Shown one piece after another: positions 1-7,741 of a stretch of DNA of 44,026 nucleotides. The stretch's first letter is position 1, and the number at the start of each line of letters is the position of its first letter. The stretch spans positions 1 to 44,026 of the forward strand of contig MFQY01000053.1 of assembly GCA_001783185.1 (NCBI GenBank), read 5' to 3'. Below the pieces are notes generated by a model. It saw only the letters and a program-made list of their open reading frames with translations. It was not told the origin of the DNA and ran no database searches. This stretch comes from Candidatus Magasanikbacteria bacterium RIFOXYC2_FULL_40_16 (lineage in GTDB: Bacteria > Patescibacteriota > Patescibacteriia > Magasanikbacterales > UBA922). Both the position numbers and the translations under genes were made by a program.

Positions 1-330
1 GTTTCCTTTCGGCTCGCTCTGGCGGGTATAAAAAAACCGCACTCTTTTGTGTAGCTCAAGCAAAGGCTTTATTCTGTCCAACTTCCCTTTTTCCTCCAAA
101 AACTTCTCCAACGCCGGGTCATGGTCAAAATGGTCCTCAATCGCCCGCTTTTGGGAGCTGGTCACAAACATAATATCCGTAATCCCGCTGTCCGCCATTT
201 CTTCCACTATGTATTGAACCACCGGCTTATCTAAAACCGGCATCATCTCCTTCGGCATCGCCTTGGTGGCCGGCAAAAAACGGGTCCCCACTCCGGCGAC
301 GATTATCACTCCTTTGGTTATCTTAGGCAT
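1..330 (-). CDS. galU: UTP--glucose-1-phosphate uridylyltransferase, N-terminal ~110 codons (gene runs off the window start)
   Basis: Reverse-strand ORF from ATG at 330, open to the window edge. Translation: [69 protein letters not shown]. It carries the G[10 protein letters not shown] nucleotidyltransferase signature typical of GalU. It is absent from the ORF track because it is truncated. Confidence 0.8.
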   Translation of the reverse strand, partial: MPKITKGVIIVAGVGTRFLPATKAMPKEMMPVLDKPVVQYIVEEMADSGITDIMFVTSSQKRAIEDHFDHDPALEKFLEEKGKLDRIKPLLELHKRVRFFYTRQSEPKGN

Positions 331-405
331 AAATATACTAATTAAAGTAAACCCATTATAACACAACTTTTCTCTTTTTTACCAGCATGTATCATGTAAC
401 ATGTT

Positions 406-1701
406 TCAATCCGGCACCACTTCTATCCAGTCTTCAATCAGCCATCCGCCTCCCGGTCCGCTGGAAAAATTCAAATTTATCAAACCGGATTCATAAATAA
501 TCTGGCAATTGTTCTCCGCCTGAATTTGATAAGCGGTCGCTTCTTTCAAAGTCGCGCTATTTTCAATAAACAACAGCCCGTGTGGAGCATATAAAATCCC
601 GCGAAGCTGGGCGTTGTTTTGCATCCTTATTGCCGGGTCAGATGGATCAAGCTGGTCAACAGAGCTAAGAAGCATTACATAGCTATCATTTGGCTCATTG
701 CAACCGTCATCATAATCGTATCCTTCAGAACCACAAATAATAAAATTGTTTTTTATATCAATATCCCCGTCCACAATTATCATTCCACTATTGTCTCCAT
801 AGGCTGAATCCAATTGTAAAACTCCATTATTATATAAAATCAGATTTCCTGTCACCCAAATCGTGCCGGCCAGAGTGAACACATCATTGCCATCTCCGCC
901 AATAGTCAGATTGCCGACTATTTTTGTCAAACCGAGCGAAGTGTTACCGTCTTCATAAGTAAAATTACCTGTCATCTCTTCTCCGCTGGCGACGGTCGCT
1001 TTCCAGCCATCAATTTGTTCATCCGTAATCGGCATATCCACCGGCTCGGGATCAGGGCTGTCCGGATAAGAAGTGCCGGCGACAGAACCGCCTGATATGC
1101 TTTGGTAATATGCATCCCCGCCAATCACACTATCTTTAATAGTATGCGCGTGCGCGTCTCCGCCTACATCAAAAGTATCAATTTTCCCTGTTGCCCCCAC
1201 TACCCACACATCTCCTGTGGCATGAGCGGAATTGACACCCACTACATCTCCGTTGGAATAAAGATTGCCTACAATCGTACTGTCATTTTTCATCAAAATT
1301 CCTCCTTGTCCGGTTTGGATGCCATAATTAAAACTTGCTCCTTCCACCGATGGCGTCAAATTTACTTCCACCGCCCTGACAAAACCGTCCTTGTCCGCGG
1401 AAGAGGAAATTATAAACAAATCGTCAACTTGCCCGAGACCGACAGTGGCTGTCGCCCCGGCCAAACTTAAAGTATTAAACCACTCATAACTCAAATCCGG
1501 ATTAACCATTCGTAAAATCATATCTTCCAATCCCGACTCGGCCGTATAATAACTCTGAGCCGAACCTAAGATATTGCGGACGATTTTTTCTCTGATTACC
1601 AAAATGGAAGCGATGCTGTTGACAATAACAAAGCCAATGGTGGTTGCCAGCAAAACACTGACAATCGCCGCATAGCCTTGGTTGTTTAAAAACTTTTTCA
1701 T
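406..1701 (-). CDS. PilX-like / minor pilus-associated protein (N-terminal hydrophobic anchor, beta-helix-like G-D-rich repeats)
   Basis: 431-aa ORF, last gene of the pseudopilin operon. The N-terminus NNQGYAAIVSVLLATTIGFVIVNS resembles the PilX_N hydrophobic segment. The body has repeated GDV/GGDA motifs. No canonical G|F..E cleavage motif. Confidence 0.5.
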   Translation of the reverse strand: MKKFLNNQGYAAIVSVLLATTIGFVIVNSIASILVIREKIVRNILGSAQSYYTAESGLEDMILRMVNPDLSYEWFNTLSLAGATATVGLGQVDDLFIISSSADKDGFVRAVEVNLTPSVEGASFNYGIQTGQGGILMKNDSTIVGNLYSNGDVVGVNSAHATGDVWVVGATGKIDTFDVGGDAHAHTIKDSVIGGDAYYQSISGGSVAGTSYPDSPDPEPVDMPITDEQIDGWKATVASGEEMTGNFTYEDGNTSLGLTKIVGNLTIGGDGNDVFTLAGTIWVTGNLILYNNGVLQLDSAYGDNSGMIIVDGDIDIKNNFIICGSEGYDYDDGCNEPNDSYVMLLSSVDQLDPSDPAIRMQNNAQLRGILYAPHGLLFIENSATLKEATAYQIQAENNCQIIYESGLINLNFSSGPGGGWLIEDWIEVVPD

Positions 1702-1706
1702 ATAAA

Positions 1707-2270
1707 TTAATATTGTCTAAACGACACCGTAGTCGTCAAAGTCACCCTGCTCTGATCTTGAACCTCAGACGAGGGTGTATCAAAAGAAGCAGTAATGGAA
1801 ATCCGCACCGCCTGATGCTGGTCGACTGAATTCAAATGCGTAAAAGTCAAACTCTCTACTTGGATTTTTTCCGAAACAATAATTTGTTCCACCTGTCCCT
1901 CTTTTTTTACATAAAGCCCGCCGTCGTCAACAAAAAAATCTACAAAAGTATAATCTTCTCCGGCAACCGCGTTTCTGACTGTTTCCAAACTTAACTGTCC
2001 GGGACTGGCGTCAAAAACACTGGTTGGCGTATATACACTGGAAGCATGTCTGACTTCCTGCGACATTGTCTCTAAAGCGCTTTTTATATTTCCCAACACC
2101 TCGCTCCGCGCCTGCACATACATATTATTTCTGACCAATTGCGGCAAAAAAGCGGCCACCATCGTCGCGACAATCGCCATAATCATCACATACATAATCA
2201 TCTCTACCAAAGAAAACCCAGCACCACTTTTTTTTGTAAAAAAAAGTGGTGCTGGGTAAACCCTCTTCAT
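1707..2270 (-). CDS. type IV pilin-like pseudopilin (prepilin leader MKRVYPAPLFFTKKSGAG|FSLVEM)
   Basis: Class III signal peptide: G|F cleavage site, Glu at +5 and a hydrophobic helix (IMYVMIMAIVATMVAAF). The ORF track extends to 2345, but the ATG at 2270 is the first start after the upstream half-repeat. The start is uncertain. Confidence 0.7.
   Translation of the reverse strand: MKRVYPAPLFFTKKSGAGFSLVEMIMYVMIMAIVATMVAAFLPQLVRNNMYVQARSEVLGNIKSALETMSQEVRHASSVYTPTSVFDASPGQLSLETVRNAVAGEDYTFVDFFVDDGGLYVKKEGQVEQIIVSEKIQVESLTFTHLNSVDQHQAVRISITASFDTPSSEVQDQSRVTLTTTVSFRQY
2217..2256. repeat. perfect palindrome CCCAGCACCAC-T8-GT-A8-GTGGTGCTGGG inside the pseudopilin leader codons
   Basis: Read directly: 19-nt arms, and the right arm encodes ..SGAG of the prepilin cleavage site. 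A half-copy (AAAAAAAGTGGTGCTGGATAAAC) lies at 2286-2308. Confidence 0.9.
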
Positions 2271-2348
2271 TCTTTTTTTTTTCACAAAAAAAGTGGTGCT
2301 GGATAAACTCCCTCTAATCCCTTTATTTTTGGAAAGAAAAAACATAAA

Positions 2349-3137
2349 CTAATTATTCAAAAAATTTGTCAGATATGCCTGTAAAGATACAGCCTCATTA
2401 TTTCCCCGCTCAAGCCAAGAAACACTCGCGACAATTCTTTTTGTTTTCGGGTCATCAGTCCCCGCCTCGGCAATATCATCATTAACATCCCGATTAACAC
2501 TATATATCGTTATCGTTCTGGTAAAAACGCCGTTAATGGCCGGTTGCGCGACCGCTGTCAAAGTCCATCGTCCATCAACAATCACCGGATAATACGCCAC
2601 ACCGCTTGTTAAAATCGCAATGTCATCCGTCCAATTATTATTTTTTATCGTCCTGACTATTTCTACCCCCTCTTGAGCAAACTGGATCGCTTCGGTTTTT
2701 CTCAAACCCTCATGCATAATTTTATTTGAGAAAGAAATTATTCCATAAATTGAACTGAAAAAAAATAAAGCAATCGCAATCGCAATTATAATTTCCACCA
2801 TGCTAAACCCAGCACCACTTCTTTTTACAAAAGAAGTGGTGCTGGGTAAACCCTCCTCATTTTTTTTTACAAAAGAAGTGGTGCTGGGTAAACCCGCTCT
2901 CTTTTTAAGTTCCCTTAACGCATTACCATTGTGTTTTAATCTTTTTTCTCTCATACGAGCTAATTCTTCTTTATTATACGCTTCATAATATATAAGCTTC
3001 CATGGTTTATGTTGTCTTGTATAAAACTCTCCTTTTTTATTATGATAATCTAATCTCTCTTTCAAATTTTTTGTAGACCCTACATAGATTTTTCCATTTT
3101 TTTCACTCTCTAACAAATAAACATAATACATACTCAT
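2349..3137 (-). CDS. GIY-YIG nuclease domain (N-terminal ~85 aa) in one continuous frame with a type IV pseudopilin (..KRSGAG|FSMVEI..)
   Basis: The N-terminus YYVYLLESEKNGKIYVGSTKNLKERLDYHN...E..R.. matches GIY-YIG (YhbQ/UPF0213-like). It is followed by duplicated GLPSTTSFVK units, then a prepilin motif and a hydrophobic helix. No in-frame ATG lies between the two parts. The ATG at 2860, homologous to the neighbouring pilin's start, is out of frame by 1 nt. Confidence 0.6.
   Translation of the reverse strand: MSMYYVYLLESEKNGKIYVGSTKNLKERLDYHNKKGEFYTRQHKPWKLIYYEAYNKEELARMREKRLKHNGNALRELKKRAGLPSTTSFVKKNEEGLPSTTSFVKRSGAGFSMVEIIIAIAIALFFFSSIYGIISFSNKIMHEGLRKTEAIQFAQEGVEIVRTIKNNNWTDDIAILTSGVAYYPVIVDGRWTLTAVAQPAINGVFTRTITIYSVNRDVNDDIAEAGTDDPKTKRIVASVSWLERGNNEAVSLQAYLTNFLNN
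2808..2846. repeat. palindrome CCCAGCACCACTTCTTTT-TAC-AAAAGAAGTGGTGCTGGG in pseudopilin leader codons
   Basis: Read directly: 18-nt arms. An extra tandem half-copy (ACAAAAGAAGTGGTGCTGGGTAAACCC) lies at 2869-2895. Confidence 0.9.
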
Positions 3138-3146
3138 CCACTATTT

Positions 3147-4043
3147 TTATTGAACAGTCATATCCCCACCAAACACAGCCACAGTCGCGACTCCGTCCGC
3201 GGTAAAAGAAACAATGTCTTTTCCATCAACCGACACATCCAAAGCTTTTGTATTATATCGGCCATCCCGATGAATACATAAAACCGTATCAAACTCATCC
3301 AAAGAATGAGTGTGTATGCGTACAACTTGACTCTCGCCATCAACAACTACTGTCCCCGACCAATCAAATACCGTCTCTCCCGCGTCAAAATAATCCGCCA
3401 TCGTAATAACTTCATCCACATCCACTGTTCCGTCAAAATGCAATTCCAAATCACTGCTTCCTTGTAAACTCCAACTAAGGTCAAAATGTGTATGGCGAGA
3501 ATCAACTTCTCTGGTATCTTCCAATTCAATCGTTCCTTCCAACCCGACCCGTCCCGAAGGTAAAATCTTTATCGTCCGGCTTTCACTGTGATCATCGGCC
3601 AACCGTAAAATTACATCTTCAGTATGTCCTGTCGTCCCGGTCAGACGGTCAAACGCTATCGTATCGCTGGTGCCCTCCCAAATATCAGTGTATTCAACGC
3701 TTGTCGGGAAATATGTAATTTCATTTTCCGGGTCCAATGGATTCCAATCAAACCCTTTAAAAAGGGCATAAAAACCAGTCTCAAAATGAACGCCATACTG
3801 TTCATTATCTTCCGATGAAACCGTTTTTTCCGCCGCCAATTGCAAAGTGGCAATCACATCGCTGACTGAAGTGCTTAATTCCAATCTTTTTTGAAAAGAC
3901 CGGTAGCTAATAAGACCGGCCGTCGCTAAAATCATAATCGTGGCGACAACCAATAAAATTTCAATCAGTGAGAACCCAGCACCATTTTTTTCCCAAAAAA
4001 AGTGGTGCTGGATAAAACCTTTTTTATTTAAGTATTTAAACAT
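3147..4043 (-). CDS. type IV pilin-like pseudopilin, GspH/FimT-like with long C-terminal extension (leader ..EKNGAG|FSLIEIL)
   Basis: Prepilin motif with Glu at +5 and a hydrophobic helix LLVVATIMILATAGLISY. The ORF track starts at 4067; the second ATG at 4043 is equally possible. Confidence 0.7.
   Translation of the reverse strand: MFKYLNKKGFIQHHFFWEKNGAGFSLIEILLVVATIMILATAGLISYRSFQKRLELSTSVSDVIATLQLAAEKTVSSEDNEQYGVHFETGFYALFKGFDWNPLDPENEITYFPTSVEYTDIWEGTSDTIAFDRLTGTTGHTEDVILRLADDHSESRTIKILPSGRVGLEGTIELEDTREVDSRHTHFDLSWSLQGSSDLELHFDGTVDVDEVITMADYFDAGETVFDWSGTVVVDGESQVVRIHTHSLDEFDTVLCIHRDGRYNTKALDVSVDGKDIVSFTADGVATVAVFGGDMTVQ
3976..4011. repeat. near-perfect palindrome CCAGCACCA-T7-CCC-A7-GTGGTGCTGG in pseudopilin leader codons
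   Basis: Read directly. It is the third member of the same family, with a one-nucleotide bulge. Confidence 0.85.
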
Positions 4044-4120
4044 AAAAACATACAAGCATTTAAACATTACAATATGTTTGTATGTTTAAATGTTTAGATG
4101 TTTACATGCGCGTATTATAC

Positions 4121-4169
4121 CACAAAAAACAAAAAACCGCCCTGAATATAGTCGAAGGACGGTTTTTTA
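4121..4169 (-). terminator. intrinsic terminator after rpsR
   Basis: Hairpin ACCGCCCT...AGGACGGT (one mismatch), flanked by an A-run and a T-run. On the minus strand the stem is followed by UUUUUUGUUUUUUG. Confidence 0.6.
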
Positions 4170-4173
4170 ATTT

Positions 4174-4407
4174 TTACTTGGGAACAAAGGCTATCAATCC
4201 CGCAATCCTTGCCTGCTTTATCGCTTTGGCAACTTTGCGTTGATGAAACGCGCATAATCCGCTGCGTCTGCGCGGGGCGATTTTCATATAAGATGAAATA
4301 AATCTGCGTAGAGTTTGAATATCTTTATAATCAATCGCTTTTTTATTGTTCACACAGTAATGACATTGTTTTTCTTTCTTCTTTTCCATAAAATATTTAT
4401 TAGGCAT
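4174..4407 (-). CDS. rpsR: 30S ribosomal protein S18
   Basis: The translation CHYCVNNKKAIDYKDIQTLRRFISSYMKIAPRRRSGLCAFHQRKVAKAIKQARIAGL is the classic S18 sequence, and the gene sits in the rpsF-ssb-rpsR order. Confidence 0.9.
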   Translation of the reverse strand: MPNKYFMEKKKEKQCHYCVNNKKAIDYKDIQTLRRFISSYMKIAPRRRSGLCAFHQRKVAKAIKQARIAGLIAFVPK

Positions 4408-4531
4408 TAGGCAATAGCGTTTAGATTATTTAGTAATTGTTCTTTTCATGAATTCGCTTACTTTAACAGGCAAATATATAATTCCTATATACTCTAACTA
4501 TTCTAATCGCTAAACGCTAATCGCTTTTCAA

Positions 4532-4975
4532 TTAAAAGGGTATATCCTCAACTTTCACTTCTTCCACCGGCTCTTCCTGTTGGTAGCTCGGACCAGGGTC
4601 TTCAGCCGGAGCTGAATTGTTGACAGGAGCTGAACCGCTAGTTCTCGTCCCGCCGTCCAACATTATCATATTATCCACAATAATTTCCGTTCGGTATTTT
4701 TTTACGCCATCTGTTCCCATCCAATCGCTGGTCTGTAATCTTCCTTCAACATAAACTCTTTTCCCTTTTGTCAAGTATTGTCCGGCAATATCCGCGATTT
4801 TACCCCAAAGCACGCAATTATGATATTCAACTTTTTCCTGCTTTTGACCGCTTTGGTCAGTCCAAACTCTGTTTGTCGCCACACCTAGTTTCGCCACTGT
4901 TCTGCCGCTAGGAGTGTTTTTTACTTCCGGATCGCGAGTCAAGCGTCCCAATATGGTTGCTCGGTTTAAGTCCAT
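4532..4975 (-). CDS. ssb: single-stranded DNA-binding protein
   Basis: OB-fold N-terminus MDLNRATILGRLTRDPEVKNTPSGRTVAKLGVATNR, a Pro/Glu-rich tail and a terminal DIPF motif. Confidence 0.9.
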   Translation of the reverse strand: MDLNRATILGRLTRDPEVKNTPSGRTVAKLGVATNRVWTDQSGQKQEKVEYHNCVLWGKIADIAGQYLTKGKRVYVEGRLQTSDWMGTDGVKKYRTEIIVDNMIMLDGGTRTSGSAPVNNSAPAEDPGPSYQQEEPVEEVKVEDIPF

Positions 4976-5000
4976 ACATTTAGATTTAAGATTAAAGATT

Positions 5001-5030
5001 CCAGCCTACGGCTGGTCCGCCTTTGGCGGA
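5001..5030. repeat. double-hairpin element CCAGCC-nnnn-GGCTGG-TCCGCC-nnnn-GGCGGA, copy 1
   Basis: Read directly in the ssb leader region. The stems are identical to the copies at 20657-20686 and 30971-31000; the loops differ. Confidence 0.85.
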
Positions 5031-5091
5031 AAAGATTAGAGATTAAAGATTTAAGTGATTGAGTGGTTAGGTGGTTAGGTGATAAAGTGAT

Positions 5092-5649
5092 TTACACGTC
5101 CGCGATATTGCTCTCCAAAAGCTCATCAAGTTTTTTATCAATATCTTCCATTTTGATATTCTCCGCTTTGGTTTCCGTTTTTTCTCTTGATTTAGCTTTG
5201 GCAGGCTTCTTCGCGTCAATTTGATGGCTGGCTTCCACATCCTCGCTCGGCTTTGGCTGTTCTTCCCTAACTGCCCTGACCGGTTCGTTTTCTCTTTCTT
5301 TCACCGCGTCTCTGACAGTAACATCGCTAATCGCGCTTATTTTATCCGGGATTGATTCTTCTTTGCCGGCAATCCTTACCACCATTCTCAATAATTCATT
5401 CATCAAGCCCAAATTATTTCTAATGGCTCCAATATCTTTTGTTTCCGCCTCAAAATTGCACAACTGAAAATATCCGTATCTGATATGTTTAACCGGATAC
5501 GCGATTCTACTTTTGCCCAAGTCCTTTACGCTTAATTCCTTTCCTCCGCCTTTTTCAATAACTTCTTCAACTTTCTTAACAACCGGAGAAATCTCATTTT
5601 CCGCCAAAGTGCCGGGCAAAATAAATAATAGTTCGTATTTTTTTACCAT
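5092..5649 (-). CDS. rpsF: 30S ribosomal protein S6 with long charged C-terminal extension
   Basis: MVKKYELLFILPGTL...SRIAYPVKHIRYGYFQLCNFEA is S6-like, and this is the first gene of the rpsF-ssb-rpsR operon. Confidence 0.85.
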   Translation of the reverse strand: MVKKYELLFILPGTLAENEISPVVKKVEEVIEKGGGKELSVKDLGKSRIAYPVKHIRYGYFQLCNFEAETKDIGAIRNNLGLMNELLRMVVRIAGKEESIPDKISAISDVTVRDAVKERENEPVRAVREEQPKPSEDVEASHQIDAKKPAKAKSREKTETKAENIKMEDIDKKLDELLESNIADV

Positions 5650-5764
5650 AGTAATATTAAAGTATTTTGTTTAGATTCACGTTTTTTGCCTATCCTTGGG
5701 ATCGACCGATACACAAAAACCGCAAATAATAGTGAAAATAATATATCATTTTGGCGTAAAAATG

Positions 5765-5923
5765 TCAACCCCGTCACCATTCTGGCATAGGTTGCGGGTA
5801 ATACAAAAACAGAGCCGCGAGGTCCCGACCGTGGTCGAGGATCCTCGGTTGGACGCAATCGGGACGACTCCGTCTTTGTGTTTTGGGAAACAAAAGATGT
5901 TTTCAGAAAGGTGACGGGGTCAA
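5765..5923. mobile_element. MITE-like element with ~20-bp terminal inverted repeats (TCAACCCCGTCACCATTCTG / CAGAAAGGTGACGGGGTCAA), copy A
   Basis: The terminal repeats and an internal core (AGCCGCGAGG...GACTCCGTCTTTGT.TTT) are shared with 30595-30711. This copy has an extra nested TCCCGA...TCGGGA hairpin at 5823-5864. Confidence 0.7.
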
Positions 5924-5986
5924 TAGTTAGCGGTTTGAGCAAAAATATGATATAATGAATTAAATTAATCTGTCTAAACCAACGTT

Positions 5987-7714
5987 ATGTTATCTGAAAA
6001 AATAATAACAAAGGTGCTGAAACAGAAATACGGAATAAAAACCAAAGAACTGGAAGACCGCATCGCCACCGCCCAAAAACAAAAAAAAGACCTTGAGCAA
6101 TACATAATTGACGAAAATATCGTTGATGAAATTGAGTTATATACCGAAGCGGCCAAACAGATGAAAGTGCCCTTTATCACTTTGAAAGGGCGTGATTTGA
6201 AAAAAGAAATCTTAAACATGATACCGGCCCCTTTGGCCCAGACTCATCATATAGTAGTATTTTCCACCACTAAAGATGAAATGTTTTTGGCGATGCTTGA
6301 CCCGACTGACATCCAGACCATTGAATTTATCCAGAGGAAAACCCACTTAATTCCAAAAGTTTATCTAACCACTCCTAGCGATATCAAAGATGCCTTGCGC
6401 CGATACCATGCCGACTTGAGCGATGACATGTCCATTGAACAGCTGAAGGATACCCCCGCCACCGAAGGAGGCGATCTAAAAAAGGCCGCCGAAGAAATGC
6501 CGGTTATAAATATCGTGAATAATATTTTGGAGCATGCGGTTTTTGAGGGCGCGTCCGATATACATATTGAACCACAAGAAAAAGAAGTTATCATCCGCTA
6601 CCGCGTTGATGGTATTTTAAAAAATGTAATGACTTTGCCCAAAACTATCCAAGATGGAATTATCGCCCGAGTCAAAATCCTTTCCAAACTGAAAATTGAT
6701 GAGCATATGGTTCCGCAGGACGGGCGGTTCAAAATAAAAATACAGGAGGAAAAACTTTCTTTCCGCGTTTCCATTATTCCGGTATATGATGGAGAAAAAA
6801 TAGTTATGCGTCTTTTACATGAAGGTCAAAAACCTCTTAATCTTGACCAGCTCGGATTTCTGCCCGGTCCGAAAAAGAAAGTGGAGAGAGCGATAACCAG
6901 TCCGCACGGGATGATTCTTGTCACCGGTCCGACCGGAAGCGGTAAAACCACCACTCTTTACTCTATTCTGGGTATGTTGAATGAACCTGGAGTAAATATC
7001 TGCACGATTGAAGACCCAATTGAATACCATGTAAAAGGCGTCAATCAAAGCCAGATTAATCCGCGCGCCGGTTTTACTTTTGCCAGCGGACTGCGCTCGT
7101 TTTTACGCCAAGACCCTGACATTATAATGGTCGGCGAAATCCGCGACAAAGAAACCGCTGAAATCGCCATCCACTCCGCCATGACCGGCCATTTAGTGCT
7201 ATCCACTCTTCACACCAACGACGCGCCCACCACTCTGCCTCGTTTGATTGATATGGATATTCCTCCTTTTCTTGTCGCTTTTACCGCTAACATAATTGTC
7301 GCCCAGCGTTTGGTCAGAAAAACCTGCGAATTTTGCAAAAAAGAATTTATCTTGGAAAAGGAGGCTATTGAAGAACTGGAAAAAATCGTGGACATAAAAA
7401 GATTAATGGAACTTTTTCAAGAAAATAAAATAGAATTAAAAAAACAGGAAGTCAATTTTAATTCTTTCACTTTTTTTCGGGGCGAAGGCTGCAGGCGATG
7501 CAATGACAGCGGTTATAAAGGCCGAATTGGCATCTATGAAGTGCTGGATATTGATACGGAGTTAATCAATAAAATCAATGCCGGCGCCAACGCCGAAGAT
7601 ATAAAAAAATACGCTCAAGAACAAAAAATGATTACGATGTTACAGGACGGCTTAGTCAAAGCGAAGCAGGGCATCACTACTATAGAAGAAGTATTGCGAG
7701 CGACCAGAGAATAA
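5987..7714 (+). CDS. pilB: type IV pilus assembly ATPase PilB (GspE family)
   Basis: T2SSE N-terminal domain, Walker A GPTGSGKTTT, Asp/His boxes and a C-terminal tetracysteine motif (CEFCKK...CRRCNDSGYKGR). Confidence 0.9.
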   Translation: MLSEKIITKVLKQKYGIKTKELEDRIATAQKQKKDLEQYIIDENIVDEIELYTEAAKQMKVPFITLKGRDLKKEILNMIPAPLAQTHHIVVFSTTKDEMFLAMLDPTDIQTIEFIQRKTHLIPKVYLTTPSDIKDALRRYHADLSDDMSIEQLKDTPATEGGDLKKAAEEMPVINIVNNILEHAVFEGASDIHIEPQEKEVIIRYRVDGILKNVMTLPKTIQDGIIARVKILSKLKIDEHMVPQDGRFKIKIQEEKLSFRVSIIPVYDGEKIVMRLLHEGQKPLNLDQLGFLPGPKKKVERAITSPHGMILVTGPTGSGKTTTLYSILGMLNEPGVNICTIEDPIEYHVKGVNQSQINPRAGFTFASGLRSFLRQDPDIIMVGEIRDKETAEIAIHSAMTGHLVLSTLHTNDAPTTLPRLIDMDIPPFLVAFTANIIVAQRLVRKTCEFCKKEFILEKEAIEELEKIVDIKRLMELFQENKIELKKQEVNFNSFTFFRGEGCRRCNDSGYKGRIGIYEVLDIDTELINKINAGANAEDIKKYAQEQKMITMLQDGLVKAKQGITTIEEVLRATRE

Positions 7715-7741
7715 AAATTAATTAAATTATCATCGCGGAAT

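Noticed and set aside
619-1470. Plus-strand ORFs (62 and 122 aa) inside the PilX-like gene
   Set aside because: They are antisense to the 431-aa ORF that completes the pseudopilin operon, and there is no independent support for them.
5765-5923. Interpretation of the MITE-like element as 6S RNA or SRP RNA
   Set aside because: It has a closing stem like 6S RNA. However, a shorter second copy and a solo end exist, there is no SRP domain IV consensus, and one copy has a nested insertion. A repeat element is more parsimonious.
5643-5942. 99-aa minus-strand and 72-aa plus-strand ORFs in the rpsF-pilB spacer
   Set aside because: Both span the MITE-like element (5765-5923). The same element elsewhere (30595-30711) has no conserved ORF.
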